DNA of 64,000 nucleotides from Candidatus Nomurabacteria bacterium (GCA_031257295.1 JAIROX010000006.1:15392-79391); one strand, 5' to 3'. Numbered from the stretch's first letter, positions 8,025-17,579 are shown. A program made the numbers and translations. Notes: generated from the letters alone by a model not told the origin.

Positions 8025-9545
8025 ATGGGGAAGGCGCTGTACCGGAAATACCGGAGTAAGTCTCTTAGTGAGATAATTGGTCAAAAACATGTGACTGATA
8101 TTTTAAGTGCGGCTCTAAAAAAGGGGAGGGTTAGCCACGCCTACTTGTTCACTGGCCCACGCGGTGTTGGTAAAACCAGCGTAGCGCGTATTTTGGCACA
8201 TGAAATCAACGAGTTGCCCTACACCGAGGAAGATTCGCACCTAGATATCATTGAGATTGATGCTGCTAGCAATAACGGCGTAGATGATATTCGTAACCTG
8301 CGCGAAAAGGTGATGATAGCACCAACTAGTGCTAAAAAGAAAGTTTATATTATCGATGAAGTGCATATGCTCAGCAAACCAGCCTTTAATGCGCTGCTCA
8401 AAACACTCGAGGAACCGCCCGAACATGTAGTGTTTATCATGGCCACCACCGACGCGCACAAGATACCAGCCACAATCGTGAGCCGTTCACAGCAGTTTAC
8501 TTTTCGATTCATCTCAACCGAAGACGCCGTCAAGCACCTGCGCACCATTGCCGATAAAGAGAGTATCAAGATTAGTGATGAAGCGCTAGCGCTGATTGCT
8601 AAAAAAGGTGGAGGGAGTTTCCGCGATAGTATTAGCCTGCTCGATCAAATTTCGTCGCTACTCAGCGATAAAGAAATCAGCAAGGCCGACGCAGAAAACG
8701 CGCTAGGCTTGGCTTCTGAAGAGCTGGTCGCTAGTTTGCTGACTAGCCACGCGGCAGGTAATAGCTCAGAGTCCATTAAAATTCTGCAACAGCTGCTCGA
8801 AACTGGTGCCAAGCCCGAAACCATCGCCGAACAGCTAATGAAATATATCATATATGATATAGATACCAACCTGCACCTCTTGAGCTTGTTGGACAAGCTG
8901 CCAGAAGTAGCGCGTTCTAGTTATCCAGAGGTTAAGTTATTGACTATCCTAGCAGGCCTGCCACCAGTCGTTCCAACCGCAAATTCCTCGCGCAACAGCG
9001 CCCAGCCACTAAAAATTGGCAATCCTGCTCCAAGTGTTCGCACTATGCCAATTTCTAATCAAGTTGAGCGCTCTGGATCGTCACAAAGCTCTGAAACAAC
9101 TGGCGACAAGTCCAACCACAGCGAGGAGAGAGATGAGTTGGGAGGAGAGAGTGAACCCGAAACTAACACTAGTTCTGGGCGGTCGGCTTTTGCAGAAGGC
9201 AAAAACGTTCGGCTTGAAGGGCAGAACAGTACTAGTGAGGGCGGAACAGTCTTCAGCTGGGACGCCCTGCTAGAGGATATCAAAGAAAACCGACCAGCCA
9301 TCTACACGATTCTCAGTAAATGCGGCCACAAGCTAAACGGCGACGAGCTGGAGGTTTATGCTAAAAATAAGCTTTGGAAGAACAAGCTCGACACGGCAGC
9401 TTTTCGCAAGCGCGTAGCTGATGCTGGAGGTACAAATCTAGAAGTGACCGTGCTAGCCAAAGCCGCACCAACTGGGAATGGTGCTGTTGACACGGTAGCT
9501 GATATAATGGGAGGTGGAGAAGAGGTTGAGCTAGATGCCGAGTAG
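8025..9545 (+). CDS. dnaX: DNA polymerase III subunit gamma/tau
   Basis: Walker A GPRGVGKTS, Walker B IIDEVHML and the clamp-loader sensor region ATTDAHKIPATIVSRSQ. TATACT at 8012-8017 lies 7 nt upstream of ATG 8025. The track start at TTG 8019 is less likely. Confidence 0.92.
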   Translation: MGKALYRKYRSKSLSEIIGQKHVTDILSAALKKGRVSHAYLFTGPRGVGKTSVARILAHEINELPYTEEDSHLDIIEIDAASNNGVDDIRNLREKVMIAPTSAKKKVYIIDEVHMLSKPAFNALLKTLEEPPEHVVFIMATTDAHKIPATIVSRSQQFTFRFISTEDAVKHLRTIADKESIKISDEALALIAKKGGGSFRDSISLLDQISSLLSDKEISKADAENALGLASEELVASLLTSHAAGNSSESIKILQQLLETGAKPETIAEQLMKYIIYDIDTNLHLLSLLDKLPEVARSSYPEVKLLTILAGLPPVVPTANSSRNSAQPLKIGNPAPSVRTMPISNQVERSGSSQSSETTGDKSNHSEERDELGGESEPETNTSSGRSAFAEGKNVRLEGQNSTSEGGTVFSWDALLEDIKENRPAIYTILSKCGHKLNGDELEVYAKNKLWKNKLDTAAFRKRVADAGGTNLEVTVLAKAAPTGNGAVDTVADIMGGGEEVELDAE

Positions 9546-10884
9546 CGAGAATAAGGCAAAGGTACCACCACAAAACATAGACGCCGAGAAAAGTCTGCTC
9601 GGTGCAGTTTTGATTGACGAAGAAGTTTTGCCGGACGCCACTGAGGCGGTTAAGGCAGTGGATTTTTACGACAAAACTCATCAGGCCATATTCGACGGTA
9701 TGCTCGGCTTATACGAAAAACATAAGCCGGTTGACTTACTTACCTTGACGGATGAACTAAAAAAGAAAAAACAACTCGACGTCGTAGGTGGATCAAGTTA
9801 CTTAACAGAGCTAACTAACTATGTGCCCACTTCAGCGCATGCCCAGGCTTACGCCGAAATCATAGCCAAGTGCGCCGTACGTCGCCGCTTGATTAAAGCT
9901 AGTGCCGACATTACCGAGCTGAGCTACGACGAAGATAGCGAAGTTACCGAGCTACTGGGTAAGGCCGAGGCAGAGCTATTTAGCGTTTCCGACCAGTCGC
10001 TCAAACAAGATCTCACCAGTATGGAGGATATCCTAAATGCCAGTTTTGACCGCCTAGAAGAACTACACAAAAACAAAGGCGCTATCCGCGGCCTTAAAAC
10101 CGGCTACCGCGATCTTGATAACAAAACCGCTGGGTTGCAAAAATCTGACCTGATTATCATCGCCGCTCGTCCGGCCATGGGTAAAACTACTCTAGTAACT
10201 AACCTAGCTTACAATGTGGCAACCATCAGCAAAAAGGCCGTACTGTTCTTTAGCCTCGAGATGAGTAAAGAGCAACTAATCGACCGCATGTTGGCTGACG
10301 CTTCGGGAGTGGATAGTTGGAATATCAGAACTGGTAATTTAAGTGATGATGATTTTAGCAAGATTAGCGACGCCATGGGCGAGATGGCTGAAGCACCGAT
10401 ATTTATCGACGACACCCCTGGTATGACCGTAATGGAGATGCGCACCAAAGCCCGCCGAGCTGCGCACGATAATGAGCTCGGGTTAATCGTTATTGACTAC
10501 TTGCAGCTGATGCAGGGTTCAGGGCGTTCGGGCAACGAGTTTAACCGTGTGCAAGAGGTGAGTGAAATCAGCCGCGGGCTGAAATTGATTGCTCGTGAGC
10601 TCGATGTGCCAGTTATTGCGTTAAGCCAGCTCAGCCGTTCAGTAGAAAGCCGTAGCCCGCAAATCCCACAATTAGCAGATCTACGTGAATCCGGCTCTAT
10701 CGAGCAGGACGCCGACCTGGTGATGTTTATTTACCGCGAAGATTACTACAACCCCGACACCGAGCGGCAACATATTACCGATCTAATTATCGCTAAGCAT
10801 CGTAACGGCCCAACTGGCAAAGTGGAGCTCTACTTCCACCCAGAACGCCTGCGCTTTATGTCGCTTGACAAAGGTAAGGAATAG
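9535..10884 (+). CDS. dnaB: replicative DNA helicase DnaB
   Basis: N-terminal PPQNIDAEKSLLGAVL, Walker A AARPAMGKTT, then SLEMS, IDYLQLM, ALSQLSR and IIAKHRNGPTG. Overlaps the dnaX stop by 11 nt. Confidence 0.95.
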   Translation: MPSSENKAKVPPQNIDAEKSLLGAVLIDEEVLPDATEAVKAVDFYDKTHQAIFDGMLGLYEKHKPVDLLTLTDELKKKKQLDVVGGSSYLTELTNYVPTSAHAQAYAEIIAKCAVRRRLIKASADITELSYDEDSEVTELLGKAEAELFSVSDQSLKQDLTSMEDILNASFDRLEELHKNKGAIRGLKTGYRDLDNKTAGLQKSDLIIIAARPAMGKTTLVTNLAYNVATISKKAVLFFSLEMSKEQLIDRMLADASGVDSWNIRTGNLSDDDFSKISDAMGEMAEAPIFIDDTPGMTVMEMRTKARRAAHDNELGLIVIDYLQLMQGSGRSGNEFNRVQEVSEISRGLKLIARELDVPVIALSQLSRSVESRSPQIPQLADLRESGSIEQDADLVMFIYREDYYNPDTERQHITDLIIAKHRNGPTGKVELYFHPERLRFMSLDKGKE

Positions 10885-10916
10885 AAAAGTCGCCGGCAGT
10901 TGCCAGCGGACTTTTC
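10884..10916. terminator. hairpin between convergent dnaB and the 10926-11474 gene (bidirectional terminator candidate)
   Basis: The outer stem GAAAAGTC (10884-10891)/GACTTTTC (10909-10916) encloses an imperfect GC-rich inner stem. A and T runs flank both sides. Confidence 0.5.
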
Positions 10917-10925
10917 GTACGATTC

Positions 10926-11474
10926 TTATAGTTTTTCTTCTCCATTCTCTCCGAGCTCAACAATAATAACGTCAAGCTCATCACAGAGCTCTGCACATAG
11001 CGTGTGTATGCGCCATACGCAGGCCCATGCGACCCTTTTGTCATCTTCTCCTTTCGGGAAGCCGCTGTAGGCTATATAAAGACAACCTCTTGCAGTTTGG
11101 ATCACGATGCCTCCAGGATAGCCATATTCGCCTTTCCGCAGCGGACGATCAGGGTCGTCACCCGAGTTTCTTCCAGTCTCAATGCACTCCAGGATTTTTG
11201 AAAAAGCGATCGAGATGTAGTTACCACCCTTGTCGTCTGGGCCACGACCTTCCGGGTCGGGTTCACGCACTCCATTTCCGAACTTTCTCGAGAAGGTGAT
11301 GAGGTCTTCTTCGTCATCGAAGAAGCCCAGTACGAGGCCACCATTTTGGCACCCAGTGCTTACCGCAATGTCAGCCGCGACCTCAATCCCGGCAGTAAGA
11401 ATATCGTCGGTGTTACTAAGAATAACATCCATAATAGCTCCGTTCAGCGGTTTAGTTAAATTTTCTTGTGTCAT
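10926..11474 (-). CDS. hypothetical protein, weak GlcG/HbpS (DUF336)-like pattern
   Basis: The likely start is the internal ATG at 11474 (MTQENLTKPLNG...) preceded by AAAGGAA. The pattern YPGGIVIQTARGCLYIAYSGFPKGEDDKRVA resembles the GG-x-P-I...G-x-I-G-A-I-G-V-S-G...D signature of DUF336. This is a remote resemblance only. Confidence 0.55.
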   Translation of the reverse strand: MTQENLTKPLNGAIMDVILSNTDDILTAGIEVAADIAVSTGCQNGGLVLGFFDDEEDLITFSRKFGNGVREPDPEGRGPDDKGGNYISIAFSKILECIETGRNSGDDPDRPLRKGEYGYPGGIVIQTARGCLYIAYSGFPKGEDDKRVAWACVWRIHTLCAELCDELDVIIVELGENGEEKL

Positions 11475-11675
11475 TCTGTCACCATTCCTTTCAGCAAAGA
11501 CACAACAACTATCACTTAGGCGGGAATCGCCAAAGGTTACTAGGGGCGTCAAGCGTCCAAGGTAACCTTTGGCGATTTTTAAAAATCGTACGTTAATATG
11601 CTAGCCCAAAACGGGCTTATCTTTCCATTATATCACACTGCGCTCAAAAAGTCAATATATGCTATAATTAGGCTA

Positions 11676-13112
11676 ATGCCTAAGCGCAAGGTTAATGACT
11701 ATTTTCTATACAAGTACCGATATATAATCGGTTACATTTTGCTTGCTGTGGTTTTTGTGACCGTCTTAGTGGCGGCTCAGTTTGTGACCGGTGGGGTATC
11801 AAAAAATGAGATGGCCAGCGCCGTAGCTAGCGCCGACCTGTCGGCAGATACTTTTTTTTCAGAAAACATCGTGAACCTGCCGTTTAAGGTGTTGCAGAAA
11901 CTCAGCATAGGGTTATTCGGGCTATCAGTGCTCAGTATAAAACTGCCAGCTGCGATATTAGCCGCCGGAGCCGGAGTGGCGCTACTGTTTTTGCTTTGGC
12001 GCTGGTCTAAGACGACAGTTGTTATACCGGCAGCGCTACTTATCATCGCATCATCACAATTTCTGTTTTGCGCTCAAGACGGCACACCGAGCATATTATA
12101 TATTTTACTGCCCGTGCTTATTCTACTTTTTGGGCATATCGCCGGCACCGGCAAAGAGCTGCGCCTGCCACCTCTGCTAGCACTCTCTGCAACGTTGGCC
12201 ATTAGCACCTATATACCATTTTTGATATACTTTGTGATCATCATAGCCGCTACTGCACTTATCCACCCGCGCGTTAGGTTCATCATCAAGGCTACTACTC
12301 ATTGGAAACTTTGGCTGGCTTTGGCAACATTTCTAGCATTTATAGCACCGCTGCTCATAGCTTCAGTGCTTGACGTTAACACGCTAAGAGCGGTTTTCAC
12401 GGGCGGAGTGGTTGACCTAAAACTTTGGCAAAACGCCAAGCAAGTTTTTGCCTCGTTTCTTATGGCCAACGTAGCTCAAGATAGCCCGATCCTTACGCCG
12501 ATACTTGGGTTGCCAACTACTGCGTTAACAATAGTAGGGTTTGTCTATGGCTTGCGGCAAAGGCACCGTTCAAAATATTATGTGATCATGGGCTGGCTAC
12601 TTATAGCGATCATTGCAACCATAGTTGATCCGAGGGTTATAGCTTTGATTTTTGCACCCACCGCACTGCTTATGACCAAGGGCTTGGCCATCGTGATTCA
12701 AAAATGGTATGATCTGTTTCCAGAAAACTCCTACGCCCGCGTGGCAGGGCTGGTTCCTATTGGATTTTTCATCATGGTCGTCTGTTACGCGTCGGTCTTA
12801 CACTTCTTCCTCGGCTACCACTATACGCCCCAAGTTGCCAAACACTATGATGACGACATAAGCTTGGTCAAGAAACACCTAGAAGGCGGTTCGGTAATTT
12901 TGGCCAAAAAAAATTCTCTAGAGTATAAGTTCTATAAGATACTAGAAGGCCAAGCAGATGTAACCGTGACAAACCAGCCTCCGCAGAAAGTGCCAGCGAA
13001 CTTAGTAACTATCGGCAAGCAAGATCTACCGAGTGCCTCCAAGCTAAAGCTGCAACAGATAGTCACGTCAACAAAAACCGACAACGCCAACCGACTTTAT
13101 GTCTATCGCTAG
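11676..13112 (+). CDS. polytopic membrane protein, possibly GT-C (ArnT/PMT-like) glycosyltransferase
   Basis: About 12 predicted hydrophobic helices followed by a soluble C-terminal domain. TGcTATAAT at 11660-11668 lies 7 nt upstream of ATG 11676 (MPKRKVNDYF...). The function is inferred from topology only. Confidence 0.7.
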   Translation: MPKRKVNDYFLYKYRYIIGYILLAVVFVTVLVAAQFVTGGVSKNEMASAVASADLSADTFFSENIVNLPFKVLQKLSIGLFGLSVLSIKLPAAILAAGAGVALLFLLWRWSKTTVVIPAALLIIASSQFLFCAQDGTPSILYILLPVLILLFGHIAGTGKELRLPPLLALSATLAISTYIPFLIYFVIIIAATALIHPRVRFIIKATTHWKLWLALATFLAFIAPLLIASVLDVNTLRAVFTGGVVDLKLWQNAKQVFASFLMANVAQDSPILTPILGLPTTALTIVGFVYGLRQRHRSKYYVIMGWLLIAIIATIVDPRVIALIFAPTALLMTKGLAIVIQKWYDLFPENSYARVAGLVPIGFFIMVVCYASVLHFFLGYHYTPQVAKHYDDDISLVKKHLEGGSVILAKKNSLEYKFYKILEGQADVTVTNQPPQKVPANLVTIGKQDLPSASKLKLQQIVTSTKTDNANRLYVYR

Positions 13113-13117
13113 CGCTC

Positions 13118-13145
13118 ATGAGGAGAACCGCCTGGTTCTCCTCAT
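13118..13145 (+). terminator. perfect 12-bp hairpin immediately after the stop codon (terminator-like, no U-tract)
   Basis: ATGAGGAGAACC (13118-13129), 4-nt loop, GGTTCTCCTCAT (13134-13145). A second imperfect hairpin follows (CAGAC...GTCTG). Confidence 0.45.
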
Positions 13146-13242
13146 CACGCAGACCGTCGGCAAAGCCGCCGCGTCTGGTTGCTCCTCTCCTCCTTGTGTG
13201 GCTTTTATGCTATAATTGTCTGTAATATTTTAAGGAGGTTGT

Positions 13243-13533
13243 ATGGCTTTTGATCAGATAAAGATGGTAAACGAGTTGCGCAAAGCGCAAAAAGAATTAG
13301 CAAAAGAGATTGTTGAGGTTGAGGCAGGCGATGGCGCCGTAGTGGTGCAGATTAGCGCTGAGCTTAAAATTAAAAAAGTGACCATCGACCCTGAGCAAGT
13401 TGACTTGGACGATATTCATGAACTAGAACGCTGGGTTGAAAACGCTATGCGCGATGGCTATGCCAAGGCCCAAGAGATTGCCAGCGAGAAAATGAAGCCG
13501 CTGATGGGCGGGCTGGGCAAGCTCGGGCTTTAG
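13243..13533 (+). CDS. ybaB: YbaB/EbfC family nucleoid-associated protein
   Basis: 96 aa in the conserved position directly upstream of recR. The promoter is TGcTATAAT at 13208-13216 and the SD is AAGGAGG at 13232-13238. Confidence 0.85.
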   Translation: MAFDQIKMVNELRKAQKELAKEIVEVEAGDGAVVVQISAELKIKKVTIDPEQVDLDDIHELERWVENAMRDGYAKAQEIASEKMKPLMGGLGKLGL

Positions 13534-14142
13534 ATGCTACCAAAAGCGCTCAAGCAAGCTATTGAAGACCTGGGCAGGCTGCCCGGCGTTGGCGCGCGCA
13601 CAGCCGAGCGCTACGGCTATTTTCTGCTTAAGTCTGATCGCAAGATTACCGAGAATATCGTTGAATCTTTAGACGCTCTGCACGATGGCGTGAAATTCTG
13701 CCCAGTCACGTTCGCCTTGATCGACGCCAGCGAAGACACCTCGCCGCTCTATACAGACCCGTCGCGCGACAAAGCCACCATACTGGTTGTACAAGAACCA
13801 CTAGATATCATTGCCGTAGAGCGCACTGGCGGCTACCACGGCACTTACCACGTGCTAGGTGGGGCCATCAGTCCGATTGACGATATCGGGCCAGGTGAAC
13901 TACATATTAGCGAACTGATTGATCGCATCGGAAAAGACGGCGTGCTCGAAGTTATCATTGCCACCAACGCCAGTGTGGAAGGTGAGTCGACTGCCATATT
14001 CTTGCAGCGTGAGTTGAAGGATCGTCATCCTGATCTTAAAATCAGCCGCCTGGCGCGCGGCATACCAGCCGGTGTTGACCTGGAATACGCCGACCAAATC
14101 ACCTTGACGCACGCATTAGAAGGTCGGCGAGAGTACAGCTAA
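13534..14142 (+). CDS. recR: recombination protein RecR (zinc-finger cysteines mostly absent)
   Basis: HhH region LGRLPGVGARTAERY, a Toprim domain (LVVQEPLDIIAVERTG...YHVLGG...ATNASVEGESTA) and the C-terminal RLARGIPAGVDLEYAD. Only one Cys (C56) stands where the C4 finger normally lies. Confidence 0.92.
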   Translation: MLPKALKQAIEDLGRLPGVGARTAERYGYFLLKSDRKITENIVESLDALHDGVKFCPVTFALIDASEDTSPLYTDPSRDKATILVVQEPLDIIAVERTGGYHGTYHVLGGAISPIDDIGPGELHISELIDRIGKDGVLEVIIATNASVEGESTAIFLQRELKDRHPDLKISRLARGIPAGVDLEYADQITLTHALEGRREYS

Positions 14143-14262
14143 AAACGCTTTTGTTTTGGAAATAGCCACCAGAGAGTTAGTATTAGAGTGTGAGCAACAG
14201 CTTTGTAACTACTGCCATGTAATCGTTATATCTCGTTGTCTTAGGAAGAGAGGTAAAAGACT

Positions 14263-14520
14263 ATGGCAACAAAAGCAGAACGAGGGTTCATTGCCGGTGC
14301 ACTTGACAAGGTGATAGGCTCAGGGAGTGTTAAAACTTTAACTAGCAAGGACGGTACTGAGTATCTTGTGCTACTCAGCGCTTATCAGGACGGTTTCGGC
14401 GTTCTGTGGTACAAAAAACGCTTTCTATGCGCTCAGTGTCACAGAAAACGGCCGGCACGGTCGCGCCCTAACCGTCAAAAGGGTATTGGTGTTGGACGTC
14501 GATCAAGGGGAGGTGAGTAA
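14263..14520 (+). CDS. small hypothetical protein; C-terminal third may be out of frame (A6 tract at 14413-14418)
   Basis: GGAAGAGAGG SD lies upstream of ATG 14263. After the A6 run the annotated frame becomes Arg-rich (KKRFLCAQCHRKRPARSRPNRQKG...). The other frame stays open to 14539 and reads as an ordinary globular sequence. Confidence 0.55.
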   Translation: MATKAERGFIAGALDKVIGSGSVKTLTSKDGTEYLVLLSAYQDGFGVLWYKKRFLCAQCHRKRPARSRPNRQKGIGVGRRSRGGE

Positions 14521-14522
14521 CA

Positions 14523-15092
14523 ATGAATCTCCCAAATAAATTAACTACCATAAGAATGCTGGTAGTTCCAGCATTCTTCGTACTGTTTCAGTACGAAGAA
14601 TACGGTTGGGCGGTCGGCGTGTTTATTGCCGCCGCTATCACCGACAAGATCGACGGAATGCTAGCCCGCAAGCGGGGCCAAACTACAACCTACGGAAAGC
14701 TAATGGACCCGGCGGCAGACAAGATACTCACAAACGTGGCCCTACTTTGTCTGTGTATGGTCCATGCTGTACCGGTGTGGATTTTCGCAATCTTTCTGGC
14801 GCGTGACGCTTTGATTGATGGCTTAAAAAGCCTTGTGGCTACAGAAAGCGCAAAGGAAGAAAGCGAGGCAAAAGTTATAGCCGCCAGCAAGACGGCGCAG
14901 TTAAAAACATTTATTCAAATGTTTGCAGCAGCGTTCCTGCTGTTCTGGCTCGCCATACCTAGCGAACCCGCATGGCTTAGCAAAACCATCTGGGTACTGG
15001 GTTATGTGCAGCTTTACGCATCGCTGATACTCTGTCTCTGGTCAGCCGAAGAATACCTCTATGGTAACCGGCACTATATAAAAACGAAGTGA
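14523..15092 (+). CDS. pgsA: CDP-alcohol phosphatidyltransferase (PgsA-like)
   Basis: The signature D-x2-DG-x2-AR-x8-G-x3-D-x3-D is present as DKIDGMLARKRGQTTTYGKLMDPAADKI. The protein has multiple TM helices. Confidence 0.9.
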   Translation: MNLPNKLTTIRMLVVPAFFVLFQYEEYGWAVGVFIAAAITDKIDGMLARKRGQTTTYGKLMDPAADKILTNVALLCLCMVHAVPVWIFAIFLARDALIDGLKSLVATESAKEESEAKVIAASKTAQLKTFIQMFAAAFLLFWLAIPSEPAWLSKTIWVLGYVQLYASLILCLWSAEEYLYGNRHYIKTK

Positions 15093-15107
15093 GGTGGGTA
15101 GTAAATG

Positions 15108-15136
15108 ACAGCGCGGCTAACCGCGCTGTTTCACTT
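15108..15136 (+). terminator. terminator-like hairpin after pgsA
   Basis: ACAGCGCGG (15108-15116), CTAA loop, CCGCGCTGT (15121-15129), then TTTCACTT. Confidence 0.5.
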
Positions 15137-15150
15137 ACTTTGATGATATA

Positions 15151-16149
15151 ATGGCTACAATCATGTATGAAAAACTAAAAAGCAGCATAGACCAAGCCTC
15201 GCGAATAGTGGTGATCCAGGCAGAAAACCCAGATGGCGACTCTTTAGGCTCAGCGCTAGCACTCGAGGAGGTGCTAAGCGACCAGGGCAAACAAGTTAGC
15301 CTATATTGCCCGGTAGACATCCCTAAGTACATTCGCTACCTAGAGGGCTGGAGCCGCGTGACAAATGAGTTTAACTTTAAAGCGGACCTAGCTGTTATAG
15401 TGGATACGGCCTCTGAAGTGTTGCTGTCTAAGCTGTTGAACGACCCAGCCATTCGCAAGTTTCTATACGACAAACCCGTGATAGTGATAGATCACCACCA
15501 CGATACTCAGCCCGACTTGCAGTTTAGCCACCAGCTAGTGCTAGAGCAGGCCGTATCAACCAGTGAAGAATTGTGCAAGGTCTTCAACAAACTGGGCTGG
15601 AATGTCAACAGCCAGGCAGCTGAGAACCTGCTAGCTGGCATCATGAGCGATTCGCTGGGTTTAACTACGCCTAACACCACAGCCGAGACTTACGAAACAG
15701 CCGCCGAGCTAGTTAAACTAGGCGCCACGCCAAGCAAGATCGACGAAGCTCGCCGCGAGCTTATGAAAAAATCACCAGAAATTTTAGCATATAAAGGCCG
15801 CTTGATTGAACGCGTTGAATACCACCTAGATGGCAGCTTGGCAACCGTGCACATTCCGTGGGAAGAGATCAAAGAATACTCTGATCAATATAACCCTAAC
15901 GTGCTGATACTTGAAGAAATGCGCTTGGTAACAGATGTGAAAGTGGCGGTAGCCATCAAAACCTATCCAGACGGCAAATTAACCGGCAAGGTCCGCAGCA
16001 GTGTGCCAGTAGCCGAAAAGATAGCTGGGTTCTTTGGCGGCGGCGGGCACCCGTATGCTAGCGGATTTAGAGTTTATGAAGACTACGACAAGATACTCGG
16101 CGAACTAGTTAAAGCAACGGACGACATATTAAAAGATGAAGCTATATAA
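15151..16149 (+). CDS. DHH/DHHA1 phosphoesterase (NrnA-like oligoribonuclease/pAp phosphatase)
   Basis: Motifs DGDSLGS, VIDHHHD and GGGGHPYASG are present. A TGaTATAAT -10 (15144-15152) overlaps the ATG at 15151, so the in-frame ATG at 15163 (MYEKLK...) may be the real start. Confidence 0.88.
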   Translation: MATIMYEKLKSSIDQASRIVVIQAENPDGDSLGSALALEEVLSDQGKQVSLYCPVDIPKYIRYLEGWSRVTNEFNFKADLAVIVDTASEVLLSKLLNDPAIRKFLYDKPVIVIDHHHDTQPDLQFSHQLVLEQAVSTSEELCKVFNKLGWNVNSQAAENLLAGIMSDSLGLTTPNTTAETYETAAELVKLGATPSKIDEARRELMKKSPEILAYKGRLIERVEYHLDGSLATVHIPWEEIKEYSDQYNPNVLILEEMRLVTDVKVAVAIKTYPDGKLTGKVRSSVPVAEKIAGFFGGGGHPYASGFRVYEDYDKILGELVKATDDILKDEAI

Positions 16150-17578
16150 CACCCCCAAGCGCGCAGTAGAAGAGTTTAAGCCGATCACACCGGATGAGGT
16201 TTTGGTTTACACTTGCGGACCAACGGTTTATTCCAAGCAGCATATTGGTAATTATACGTCGTTTGTGTACTGGGACACCTTGCTACGCGCACTTAAGGCC
16301 GACGGCTATGGTGTGAAACGTGTGCTCAACATCACAAACGTAGGGCACCTAACCAGCGACGCCGACACCGGCGAAGATAAGATGGAAAAGGGTGCTCGGC
16401 TTGAGGGTAAAACCGCCTGGCAAGTAGCCGAAGAGTGGACCGCTGATTTTGTACAAAACTTCCAGAAGCTCAACCTACTAGAGCCATTCAAGACTGCCAA
16501 GGCCACAGATTACATCGAAGACGACCTGGAACTGATTCGTACTCTCAAAAACAAGGGCTACACCTACCAGATTGACGACGGGATTTACTACGACACGGCC
16601 AAGTTCCCGCGCTATGCTGATTTTGCACACCTAGACGTCGAGGCTTTGAAAGCTGGCGCCCGAGTAGAGTTAAACCCACAAAAGCGTGGTATAACCGATT
16701 TCGCCTTGTGGAAGTTTTCTATTGAAAGCTCCAAGCGCGATATGGAGTGGGAGACGCCAGCCGACTTACTAGATGGTGACGGACCCCACATGGGTTTCCC
16801 TGGTTGGCACCTAGAGTGTAGCACTATAATTAAGCGCGAGCTGGGGGATACCATCGATATTCATACTGGCGGCATAGAGCATATTCCGGTGCACCATACC
16901 AACGAGATAGCTCAAAGTGAGGCCGCGAATGGAGTAGCGCTGTCAAATTATTGGTTGCACGCCCACCACCTGACAGCTGATGGCCAAAAAATGAGCAAGA
17001 GCCTGGGCAATGGATATACGCTAGATGACGTAGCAAAGCGCGGTTTCAGCTATATGGATTTTAAGATGTGGGTATTACAGGGACATTTTCAATCTGATCG
17101 TGACTTTACGTCTGAAGGCCTAGAAGCCGCCCACGTTCGCTTGATGCGCTGGCGTAGCACAGCTGCCCTGCGTTGGCAGACTAACGACACGCTAACTGAT
17201 GATGCGAGTAAAGATAGCGGGCTTTATGGCGTGCCAGGGCTGGTGCTTGAAGCTGTGAATGATAACTTAAACACGCCGCAAGCTCTAGCTATAGTAGACC
17301 AAGCCTTTAACAAACTGGCTGAGCAAAAAGTTGCGAACATCAATCGTAGATCCCTCCAAGAGCTACTGGAAGTCATTGACGGTTTATTTGGACTGGGCTT
17401 ACTGGAATCAACACCAGATATACCTGGCACAGCCAAACAAAAAATACTAGAGCGCAATCGTGCTCGTGACGCCAAGGATTGGACTAGGGCCGACGAGCTA
17501 CGCAACGAAATCGAACAGAACTATGGCGTAACCTTGCGAGATCAAGCGCAAGGTGCCACCTGGGAATATACCAAGTAG
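16136..17578 (+). CDS. cysS: cysteine--tRNA ligase
   Basis: HIGN (HIGH-type) and KMSKSLGN class I motifs. The zinc and cysteine-binding region includes WHLECS. Confidence 0.95.
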   Translation: MKLYNTPKRAVEEFKPITPDEVLVYTCGPTVYSKQHIGNYTSFVYWDTLLRALKADGYGVKRVLNITNVGHLTSDADTGEDKMEKGARLEGKTAWQVAEEWTADFVQNFQKLNLLEPFKTAKATDYIEDDLELIRTLKNKGYTYQIDDGIYYDTAKFPRYADFAHLDVEALKAGARVELNPQKRGITDFALWKFSIESSKRDMEWETPADLLDGDGPHMGFPGWHLECSTIIKRELGDTIDIHTGGIEHIPVHHTNEIAQSEAANGVALSNYWLHAHHLTADGQKMSKSLGNGYTLDDVAKRGFSYMDFKMWVLQGHFQSDRDFTSEGLEAAHVRLMRWRSTAALRWQTNDTLTDDASKDSGLYGVPGLVLEAVNDNLNTPQALAIVDQAFNKLAEQKVANINRRSLQELLEVIDGLFGLGLLESTPDIPGTAKQKILERNRARDAKDWTRADELRNEIEQNYGVTLRDQAQGATWEYTK

Positions 17579-17579
17579 C

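Noticed and set aside
8325-8615. A-rich stretches in dnaX (GCT AAA AAG AAA near 8330; GCT AAA AAA GGT near 8598) as possible tau/gamma programmed -1 frameshift sites
   Set aside because: Neither is in the A-AAA-AAG register. Both lie in the N-terminal ATPase and domain III region, far upstream of where gamma is truncated. No downstream stop or stem-loop arrangement is evident.
11004-11565. Plus-strand ORFs (11004-11201, 11027-11299, 11230-11565) opposite the 10926-11474 gene
   Set aside because: They are mutually overlapping Ser/Arg/Pro-rich products with no SD. The minus-strand ORF has a plausible SD and a globular-looking sequence.
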